Shown: one piece after another, positions 29,417 to 39,100 of the stretch
How the letters are laid out: each line of letters begins with the position of its first letter
Position numbering within the stretch: the first letter of the stretch is position 1
Translations under genes and position numbers: made by a program
The notes under the pieces: generated by a model
Databases searched by the model: none
Seen by the model: only the letters and a program-made list of their open reading frames with translations
Told to the model about the DNA's origin: nothing
Assembly (NCBI GenBank): GCA_045126575.1
Contig: JBGVOQ010000019.1
Location: 39,876 to 103,875 of the forward strand
Reading direction: 5' to 3'
Origin: Candidatus Onthoplasma sp.
GTDB taxonomy: Bacteria > Bacillota > Clostridia > Christensenellales > UBA1242
Length of the DNA stretch: 64,000 nucleotides

Positions 29417-30337
29417 ATGTTAAAGGCAATTAAGCAAATTCCAATATTTGATAGTATTAAGCAAGATATATTATCTCCATCACATGCATATTTATTTTAT
29501 GGCGAAGATGAGATGTTGAATATTGAACTTGCGAGGGTTTTTATTGCGTCAATTTTTTGTGGGCAACCGGCTTGCTTTGCTTGCGAGGCATGCAAGCGTA
29601 ACCAGATAAACAAAAATCCGGATTTATTGATTTTGGATAAGCCAACACTTCAAGTTGCCGATATTCAGGGATTGATTGATGATGTGCAACTAAAGCCAAT
29701 GGTGTATAAGTACAAGGTTGTGTTTATAACCAATGCAGATGGCATCAATCAAATTGCTCAGAATAAACTGCTTAAGACGCTGGAAGAACCTAATTCTCAG
29801 GTTATATTTGTGCTAGCGTGTACAAATGTTGAAAAACTACTACCAACTATCAAAAGCAGGTTAACAAAGCACTATGTTCCTAAAATTAACCTTGAAATTT
29901 TGGCCGAAGACTTAAAACAGCAAGGCGTAAATATAGATAAATTTGTGCATTGTGACATAACTCTTACTGATGCGGTTAAATATAGCGCTAGTCAGGATAA
30001 TGAGGTGTTGAAATTAGTTGAACAAAGTTTGGCTGCGCTAAAATCAAGCGCTGACATACCTAACATTGTTGGTAAGTTAAAAATTAAAACTGAAAGCCGT
30101 AAGGAATATTTAAGATTGCTGCTTAGTGCAATAAATTGTGCATTAACAGGCGAACAAGGGCTTTTTAGTGAGCAATTTATTGAGTATATACAAGCCAACT
30201 ACAAAATCCCTGTATTAATTAAAAGCACTAAATTAATTGATAATGCTATACGAAAAGTGGAGGCTAACATCAATTATAGTTACGTGCTAGACGAATTGTT
30301 TTATAACATATTAAAGGAGAAATATCTATGCAAGTAG
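29417..30337 (+). CDS. holB: DNA polymerase III delta' subunit
   Basis: LLKTLEEPNSQVIFVLACTN and the zinc-module remnant CGQPACFACEACKR. The track ORF start (29270) runs through the rpsO terminator, so I prefer the ATG at 29417. Confidence 0.85.
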   Translation: MLKAIKQIPIFDSIKQDILSPSHAYLFYGEDEMLNIELARVFIASIFCGQPACFACEACKRNQINKNPDLLILDKPTLQVADIQGLIDDVQLKPMVYKYKVVFITNADGINQIAQNKLLKTLEEPNSQVIFVLACTNVEKLLPTIKSRLTKHYVPKINLEILAEDLKQQGVNIDKFVHCDITLTDAVKYSASQDNEVLKLVEQSLAALKSSADIPNIVGKLKIKTESRKEYLRLLLSAINCALTGEQGLFSEQFIEYIQANYKIPVLIKSTKLIDNAIRKVEANINYSYVLDELFYNILKEKYLCK

Positions 30338-31131
30338 GACTTACATTTAATAACAATCCTAAAATTTTATACTATACAACAGATAAAAAGTTTGATTTAA
30401 AAACTAGTATTGTAATTAATTCTGCACGAGGATTAGAGGTTGGACGTGTTAGTAAATATAAGGACGGTGAAGCGCCTGAAGATTTGGATTTTGTTCGTAT
30501 TGCTACTGATGACGATTTGCTGCAAGTGAAAAACAATATTGAGCAAGCAAGAGCTCTTATGCCAACCGTTAAGGAAAGCATTAACGAATTTAAGTTGGAT
30601 ATGAAACTTTGTTCGTTGGAATATACCTTGGATAAGGAAAAAATTATCATCAACTATACTGCGGAAGGCAGGGTTGATTTTAGAGAAATTGTAAAAAGTT
30701 TGGCTAGCAAACTAAAAGTCCGTATCGAAATGCATCAAATAGGCAATCGTGACCAAGTGCAACAAATTGGCGCAATGGGTGTGTGTGGCAGAGAGTGTTG
30801 CTGCAAGGCGCATTTGAATGACTTTGACAAAGTGACGATTAAGATGGCTAAAAATCAAGGATTGTCGCTAAATCCTACTAAACTTAATGGTATGTGTGGT
30901 AAACTTTTGTGTTGCTTGAAATACGAAGATGATTTTTACGCCGAAGTGCTATCCAAAATGCCAAAGCAAGGTCAACGTGTTTCTACACCTGATGGCGAAG
31001 GAGAGGCCGTTTCGCTTGATGTACTACACGAGCAGGTGGAGGTTAAATTTACTCGAGGTGATGAAGTGGAACGTAAGATGTATGATTTGGACCAAATCCA
31101 ATTTTCTAAAATAAGGAACAATAATGACTAA
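30328..31131 (+). CDS. ricT: PSP1-domain stage 0 sporulation / RNase Y regulator protein RicT (YaaT)
   Basis: Cys clusters CGRECCCKAHLNDF and CGKLLCCLKYE. Conserved position after holB. Confidence 0.88.
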   Translation: MQVGLTFNNNPKILYYTTDKKFDLKTSIVINSARGLEVGRVSKYKDGEAPEDLDFVRIATDDDLLQVKNNIEQARALMPTVKESINEFKLDMKLCSLEYTLDKEKIIINYTAEGRVDFREIVKSLASKLKVRIEMHQIGNRDQVQQIGAMGVCGRECCCKAHLNDFDKVTIKMAKNQGLSLNPTKLNGMCGKLLCCLKYEDDFYAEVLSKMPKQGQRVSTPDGEGEAVSLDVLHEQVEVKFTRGDEVERKMYDLDQIQFSKIRNNND

Positions 31132-31780
31132 TTTAAGTTTGGAACATTTTGAAAATGGCATAAAACTTTATCAAGATAATACATTATATAAATTTACATC
31201 CGATTCGATTAAACTTGCCAAGTTTTGCAACATAAAGCGTACGGACAATGTGCTTGATATGTGTGCAGGTTGCGGAGTTGTTGGCTTGTATGCGTATAGT
31301 ATATCGGAGTGCAATAATATAGTGTTTAACGAAATCCAGGCTAATATGTGTGACTTGATACAGAAAAATATTAATTTAAACAATTTGCAAAACAAGTGTA
31401 GGGTGGTTTGTAAAGACCTCTCATTGCTAGAATTGCAGGATTTTGGTAAACCACTAGATGTAATTGTGTGCAATCCACCATATTTTAAGTTGAACGGAAA
31501 AATAAAACAAGATAGTAGTGTGGCTATGTGCAGGCATGAAATCGCTACAAATTTAAGCACTATTATTAGCACAGCAAGCAAACTGCTTAAGGATAAAGGT
31601 AGATTTTATTTTATAATTCCGGCTGAAAGGTTGTGTGAGGCGATTGAGTTGTGCGCACAAAAGACGTTTAAAGTTAAACGCATGGAGATGTATCACACAA
31701 ATTATCAAGCAACTGTGTGTTTGGTGGAAGCAATTAAAGGCGCAAAAGATGGCGTTAAGATTAGAATATTAGAGGAATAA
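31124..31780 (+). CDS. SAM-dependent methyltransferase, YabB / tRNA (adenine-N6) methyltransferase-like
   Basis: SAM motif DMCAGCGVVG and catalytic NPPY (VCNPPYF). Syntenic with B. subtilis yabB. Confidence 0.8.
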   Translation: MTNLSLEHFENGIKLYQDNTLYKFTSDSIKLAKFCNIKRTDNVLDMCAGCGVVGLYAYSISECNNIVFNEIQANMCDLIQKNINLNNLQNKCRVVCKDLSLLELQDFGKPLDVIVCNPPYFKLNGKIKQDSSVAMCRHEIATNLSTIISTASKLLKDKGRFYFIIPAERLCEAIELCAQKTFKVKRMEMYHTNYQATVCLVEAIKGAKDGVKIRILEE

Positions 31781-31782
31781 TT

Positions 31783-32475
31783 ATGACAGAGTTAATAGGG
31801 GAAATTTTTAGCACAATATTTAATGGAAACGTTGCACTGGCAACTGTGATTGTGTCAATGATTCCAATTATGGAGTTAAAGGGCGGTATTCCGTTTGGTA
31901 TGAGTAAAGCTTTTTGGGGCGATATGGCTCTGGGAAGATGGGAGGCTTTTTGGTGGGCTTACCTAGGTTGTACAATAGTTTCGGTGGTATTGTATTTTGC
32001 GTTTGTACCAATTATGAAACTTTTACGCAAAACAAAAATATTTAAAGGTATTGCTAAGTTTATTGATAACAGAATAAATAAGCAAACATCAAAGTACGAA
32101 GAATCTAAATCTGATGCGGTAGATGCAGTAGAAGAAGTTGAATCGCAGCAAGATACTAGCACCGCTATTAAAGCTCAGTCACAGAAAGCAAGGTTTGGCA
32201 AAGTGATGGGAGTGTTATTATTTGTGGGAATACCATTACCGCTTACAGGTGTTTGGATGGGAACTTGTTTGGCTGTAGTACTGGGTTTAAACTTTTGGGA
32301 AACCCTAGCGGCAACGGTGGTAGGCAATTTGATTGCTGGAATCATTATCTCAACAATATGTGTAATATTTCCACAATTTACCCACTGGTTAATTTATATA
32401 TTTTTAATCTTGGTGGCTATTGTAATAATTGTTGAAGTTGTTAAAAATAAGATAATAAAAAATAAAAATAAATAA
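31783..32475 (+). CDS. Small multidrug-export-like membrane protein (COG2426 family) with an acidic insert
   Basis: The PIMELKGGIPFG motif and 4-5 TM helices. A central hydrophilic insert spans about residues 95-145. Confidence 0.55.
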   Translation: MTELIGEIFSTIFNGNVALATVIVSMIPIMELKGGIPFGMSKAFWGDMALGRWEAFWWAYLGCTIVSVVLYFAFVPIMKLLRKTKIFKGIAKFIDNRINKQTSKYEESKSDAVDAVEEVESQQDTSTAIKAQSQKARFGKVMGVLLFVGIPLPLTGVWMGTCLAVVLGLNFWETLAATVVGNLIAGIIISTICVIFPQFTHWLIYIFLILVAIVIIVEVVKNKIIKNKNK

Positions 32476-32499
32476 AAATTAAAATAATCAATAAAATTA

Positions 32500-32541
32500 A
32501 TAGCAAAATTGTTAAAAATAAACAAATTTGCTATTTTTTTA
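32500..32541. terminator. AT-rich hairpin / bidirectional terminator
   Basis: ATAGCAAAATT...AAATTTGCTAT followed by T7, in a convergent-gene spacer. Confidence 0.5.
32514..32534. repeat. 21-nt exact repeat, copy 2
   Basis: Identical to 943-963. Confidence 0.7.
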
Positions 32542-32552
32542 TTTAATTAATA

Positions 32553-32957
32553 TTATTTTAAAAAATAATTTAATATTTTGCTTGTGCAATTTAATATTAA
32601 ATTATTTGCTTTATTTAGCAGTGTGTAAAATGGGCTTTTTAGTGCGTGCTGATTAAGTTGTTGAGATAGGGCGTTTAGGCTAAGTAATAGTGATAATGGA
32701 TTGTTGCTGTGTATATGATTATTGGTGTTAAATGGCTTATTTATAGATAAAGTGTGTAATATTTGCTTAACTTCTAACAGTGTTGAATATAGTTGATTTT
32801 GCACAATTAACGGCATACCAAACCCGTTGATTTCGATGCTGGAAATTATTGTATTTAAATCATTTAAATAATTATTGATTTGTGGTGTAAATAATTTGGA
32901 ATATTCTTCTTGCATTTTATTGTAGGGCAAATTGCTATTTTCTATATTTTTATTCAT
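32553..32957 (-). CDS. Hypothetical Asn/Leu-rich helical protein
   Basis: 134 aa, very AT-rich coding. Divergently transcribed from the giant surface-protein gene. No recognisable family. Confidence 0.45.
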   Translation of the reverse strand: MNKNIENSNLPYNKMQEEYSKLFTPQINNYLNDLNTIISSIEINGFGMPLIVQNQLYSTLLEVKQILHTLSINKPFNTNNHIHSNNPLSLLLSLNALSQQLNQHALKSPFYTLLNKANNLILNCTSKILNYFLK

Positions 32958-33081
32958 AATTTTATATATGTTTTTGCGATTAAATTAATGCTTAATATTA
33001 TTGATTTAATTTATTTTACACCAACTAAAAATTGACGTGATAAACTAATTTATTATATATAATAAAACTTATTAAAATTGT

Positions 33082-33110
33082 TTGATAAAAAAGGCTGTTT
33101 GTGTTAAAAT
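33082..33110 (+). promoter_or_regulatory. Candidate promoter for the giant lipoprotein gene
   Basis: TTGATA, a 17-nt spacer, then extended -10 TGtTAAAAT. Confidence 0.4.
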
Positions 33111-33143
33111 AATATTGAAGTTTATCATTACTAAGGGGAACAT

Positions 33144-36100
33144 ATGATAAGGACGAAAGCAAAAAGTTTATTACTAAGTGTTATGCTAATCATGGCAAGC
33201 ATAATTTTTTTCGGTTGTAAGGACGAGGTGTACATTAAGGTTGAAAGCGTAAACTTTGTTGACCAAAGTATCAATCTGTTGGTCGGTGAAGAGTATGCGC
33301 CGGAGATTAAGATTTTACCAAGTTATGCAACTGACCGTAGTTATACGCTTATCAGTAGCGATAATGTTGCGTTAGGTGTAAATGGTGGAAGTATAAAGGC
33401 GTTAAACCCAGCCAAGGGCGTTGCGTTAAAGGTTGAGTATAATGCGGACAAAACTTTTAATGACGTTATACTTGTTAATATTTATGCACAAAGCGAGCAG
33501 CTTGCAACTCCTACCGAATTTAAGTTCGATGGGAATATGTTTAGTTTTGTAGGCGTGGATAATGCTGAGGCGTACATATTGGAAATTAATGGAGAGGAAA
33601 TCAATATTGGAAACAACACCCAATATTTGTTTGACAACGCAAATGCAAAATTTGGCGATTTGTTTGACAAGGAATTGGTGTGCTCGGTAAAGGCAGTTGC
33701 CGATGGCAAGATATTTACCGAGTCTGAGTCGTGCGAAGCTATATCTATTGTAAAAATGTCAGCGGTGCAAAACGTTAGTATCGAAAATAAGATTTTAACA
33801 TTTGGTGGTGTTGCAAATGTCGCTAGGTATGATGTTAAGGCTGAATTAAATGGTGTAGAGTGCTTAACCGAACAGGTGGAAGGAACCGAATTTGATTTAA
33901 CAGGGTTGATTTCGCAAACACCTGACAATGGTGCTGAATATGTTATTAAGGTGGCTCCAAGCAAAACTGGATATAACGTGGCAAATCAGGCCGAATTGTT
34001 TGTTGCAGATTTTGCCGAAATTAGATACACGGTTATTGGTAAGGTGAACAATGTTGCGCTAAGCGGCAAGGTTGTTAGTTGGGATTTTGTACAAAATGCT
34101 CAAACCTATACACTAGAGTTGTACAAATCCGGCGTGTTGGAAGAAAAATATGAGAATATTACAACAAATAGTGTGGCTTTAAATTGTGAAGATGCCGGCG
34201 ATTACATGTGTAAGGTTATAGCAAATTCAACTGCTGCAAACACGGCAACAGGAACTAAGTATTCCGACAATCTATTATTTGAAATTTTGCAAGCTCCTGA
34301 AATTTCGGTTAGTGATAACGAAGTTAAATGGAATAGTGTTTCAGGTGCTCAAAGTTACTTGGTTACTATTAATCGTGTTGTTGGTGGAACCAAGCAAGAA
34401 CTAACCAAGACATTTGTTAACACAACAAACTTGATTGTTGATGAATATGAAAGTGGTAATTATGAGGTGGGAGTTTTTGCCTGCAGCAACAATAACAATG
34501 TTTTGCCATCAAAATCTAGCAGTGCAAGCTGGTCAAAACTAGGATTACAAAATTTAAGAGTTGTAGATGGTGTGTTGTTCTGGGACAACGCTGTGGAAAA
34601 TACAGTGGAGAAATACGAAGTTGTTTCTAACAACAAAACTGTCACAGTAAACAATGTTACAAATTGTGATTTGAGTCAATTTGAATTTAAGGCAACAACA
34701 GATGCAAAAGATTACGAAATTAAGGTTAAGGCAATTGGTTCTGGTGCAGCGTTTGGCTCAGATGAAGAATTGTTGACAGTAACAAAACTCCCTGATGCAG
34801 TAATTACAAAGTTGGAAAACAATGTGTTTACTGTTCAATATGCTCCAAAGTCAACTTGCCAAATAAAAATATATAAGGATAATGCTGAAGTTGCAACTTT
34901 GGGTAAAAATTTAACTTTAAATGCAAGTTCGTTAGAGGCTGGTGACTATACTGCAAAAGCAATTGTTACCGGTAATGGTGCGGAAATTTTAGATGCGGAC
35001 AACTTAGGTGGCGCAAGCAGTACTAATAGCAAGAAATTTACTAAGTTGGCTAGCCCTAAATTATCAATAACTGGTCAAAGTTTGGCTATTGAAAATGTGG
35101 AATATGCTACAGGTTACACATTAACCGAAAACGGTGAGGTGATTACCGGATATACACGTCCATACGATTTGGCTACAAGATTAACAGGCAAATCTGCTGG
35201 TAATTATGTTTACAAGGTTAAGGCGGTTGGTAATAATAAAGATATTCTAGATAGTAATGAAAATTCTGTCAGCGTTAAAAAATTATCCGCTCCTAGTGTT
35301 GTATTTAATAAAACAACATTGGTTTGTACCGTAAACTGTGTTGAAAATGAAAAAAGTTACGTTGGAAACTATACAGTTTATATCAACGAAAATAATTCAC
35401 TTACAACTGCTACCGGTAGCAATACTATTGATTGTAGTAGCGTTATCGAAGGCGTTGGAGAATACAGAATACAAGCGATTGCAAATCCGAGGGTGGCTAG
35501 TGATACAGAATATGACTTGATTTTGGCATCAGACAAATCCGAAACCCAAAGTGTTGATAAGTTGTCAGGCGAATGCGCTGTTACAGTTGATGGAGGCAAT
35601 TTAATTGTAACTCCTAAAAATGCATTAAACTCTAACTCAAGTTACACTTTGACATTAAATATAAAGGGTAATGGACAAGATATTAGCGTAACAACAAACA
35701 TTGATGATAAATTTGTAGTTGAGGTTGTGGATAGTAATTACAATCCATATTCAAAATTTGAAGGATTGTTTACATCTGGTGGAGAGTATAAATTATATGC
35801 ATCAATTGCTCCATACGGAACTACTGGCGAATTGGCTTCGGATAGTGTTGAGTGCGGAACATTACAAGTGTTAGGAACTGTTGCTGAAGTTTCTAAGCAA
35901 GGTCAATCTATTAAGTTTAAAAAGGTTGCAGATGCGGATAATTACAAGGCTATTATCACACTTAATAATGTTTCTACCGCAATTGAAATACAGGATAAGA
36001 TTCAGGATTTAGGCGACTGCTGCAAGATTGATATCGAAGACTTAAAGATATTGATGGAATCGTCAGGAGTTAGTTATTTGGAAGGCGTAGATTACAAGAT

Positions 36101-39100
36101 TAAATTTATAGCAACTAGCACTGCTGGCAACGTTTTGGCTAACTATAAGACGGTAACCGAATTTGCGTTCCAATTCCTAAAAGCTCCAACTGTTGAAATA
36201 AAAACTCTAGATGGACAAAAAATATTAAACATTACTGCCGATGGAACTGTTAATCACAACATTATCATTAAGCAAAATAGTGAAAATGTTAAAACTATTG
36301 ATAATACCGACGAGTCATCTATCAACCTTGATAATATTACCGGTCTTAAGGGTGGAGAGGTTGAAATAAGTGTAAATAATGTTTATGCTGGCGAAGGAAA
36401 TGTGTTTGATAGCTCTTACACTAATATAACAGCTACTAAGTTGGCTTTGGCTAATGCTTCAAACTTTACAACACAGGACGGAAAGTTGGTATGGGACGAA
36501 GTTGAAAATGCTAAACATTATAGTTTGAGTTATTTTGTGGAGGCTGAAGGTAAAGAAGAAACAATAAATCTTGCTTATGGCTCAGCAAACTTTGTAATTA
36601 AAGATGGATTGTGCATATACGATTTTAAGGACCTAGAAGAAGGTGATAAATCCCTAACACTACAAATTTTCAGTGAGGAGGGTAACTTCCTAAACTCTAA
36701 TCCTCAAACATTGACAGTGCATAAGTTAATAGCACCAACAATCAGTGTTGTTGATGGCGTAATTTGCTTTACAATAGATGAAAATATTGCAAGAGTGGCT
36801 AACGTAAATGGAATAGAACTAGGATTTGGTGACTTAATTGTTAACGACCTATTTAAATTAGGTACAGACGAGTTGAAGTTGACTGAAGATGACAAAACAA
36901 CTACTGAAGATGATAAAAAGATACAAGAATATCAAAAATATTTAAACAGCATTACAATACGAAAAGTTGATAAGAGTTGGACAATCTTGGTTGATGCTAA
37001 GAATTTTATAGAATATGGAACTACTGAATTGTTGGAACAAGCGATTTCGGCTAAATTATATTCAACTACTGCTGTTGGCAAAACAATTTTAAATTCAAAC
37101 ATTAGTCAAAAAACAGTTAAGGGATTATTGGCTCCTATTAATGTTAAAATAGAAAAGAGTTTAACAACCAATCAAGATGGCTCAGTTACTGAAACTGCCG
37201 AGAAAATTGTATGGACAAACCCTGCTGCAAATGGTCAAAATGTTACAGGATATCAAGTGATAATTAATTACAACAAGGGTGGCTTTGAAAATGTTGATTA
37301 TAAATTTGATGTGCCAGCAAGTCAAAATTATTTAAAAATGCCTAAGTATTATCCAATGGATAATGATGCTAATGGTGATGGAATAAACAACTATAATGAA
37401 GACGTTAACCAAAATAATAGACTTGATATGGGTGAAGATATTGATGGTAACGGACAATTAAACGGCTTAGAACAAGCGTTCCTAGATGGAGATTACCGCA
37501 TTACTATTAGAGCATTTACATCAAATGATAATATTTACGTACATTCTGCAGATAGCGAAACCATTGAAATGACTATTCTTACCTCGCCTCAAAACGTTGA
37601 AACAAGGTCAGGAAATATTAGTTGGGTAGGACACGAAAGGGCTGAAAAGAATGTGGTTAGAATATATAAACTAACTGACGAAACCGGTGCTAAAATTAGT
37701 GCAGAACTTGTGCATACGGCAACAATACCTGGTAACCAAAAGAGTATCGACATAAGCGGAATTCAATTAGGTAAAGCCATATATGGTGTTACAGTACAAG
37801 CGTTGAGCACAACTAATGAGCATATTTTAAGCAGTAAGGCTAGTGAAATGTTGCAAATAGTTAGATTGCCACAAGAGGCAACCTACACTATAAATGATGG
37901 TAAATTATATGTAAAACTACATAAATTTTACACAACATGTCATGTGATATTAACAGATGGTGACAAATCTTGTACGCTAACTGCAACTAACGATTTGGAC
38001 ACATTTGACCCATATCACTTTAACGAATTTGTAAAAGCTGATGGTTTTGAGTGGCTAAATTCACAAGTGTTGAACACATTTGATAATCCAAACTACTACA
38101 TGATGGTAGAGATGGAACTTGATAACGAATTTACAACACGTAGTAATGGCTACAATGTTGAAATAAGGCTAGTTGGAAACACTAGGGAAGACGCTATTGT
38201 GACTACTTTAACTACTGCAACCAATGCAAACAAAGATGAAAATGGTGTATCTGCTGGGCTTATTAACAGAATGCCAACACCAATTGTTACGCTTGACGAA
38301 AATACAAGGGGTGTTGTTAACCTAAAGTTGGACCGAACTAAGAAAAATATGAAATATTTTGCTAGCGTAGATGATGAAGGCAAAATCACAGAATGCTTGC
38401 AAGGCGTACATTTATACAAAACTACAATATTTGCAGATAAAAAGTATGTGATTTATATGGCAGATATTGTGTATCCAGAATTATTCTATCAAACATATCC
38501 ACAATTTAATTCCAATATGTTTGAATATAAAGGAATAATATATAATGTTATAAATAATGTAGAAAAAGATAATAGTGAATATATTCAAATTAATTTAAAT
38601 ACTGCAAAGTATGATATGTATCACTACTATCAGGACGAAAATGGCGAACTTGTAAAAGGTGAGGACGACAAATTAGTTGTTGGTACATCAATTGATTTGG
38701 CACAAGGCGGTTCATTTATAGTTCAATCGCAAATGTTGGGTGATGATTCACGATTTGTAAATTCTAATATTAGCCAAGGCTGTGAGGTTATTCGTTACAA
38801 GGCAATCACTCCAACACTAAAAGATGGTCAAATTAAATGGGAGAAGCAAGACGTTGCCTTTGGTGATGGTACAGTTAGTGAAAGTGTGTATCTAATTGAA
38901 CTAAGCAATGGAACAAAAATAATGTTATACAATCCTAGTGTGATAGATGAGAATGACTTAACCCAAATGCTTGAGGCCGAAGGTAAAGATTATATCCTTG
39001 ATTCGTCATATCAAGAGGTTGTGGAAACTGATGCAAGTGGAAAAGAAGTTAGTTATATAATCTACAACAACTTGGCTAATAAGCTAAGGGAAATAAATGG

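Noticed and set aside
36886-36920. Local duplication encoding LTEDDKTTTEDDKK inside the giant gene.
   Set aside because: It is a short, low-complexity acidic linker duplication with no evidence of functional significance beyond a flexible linker.
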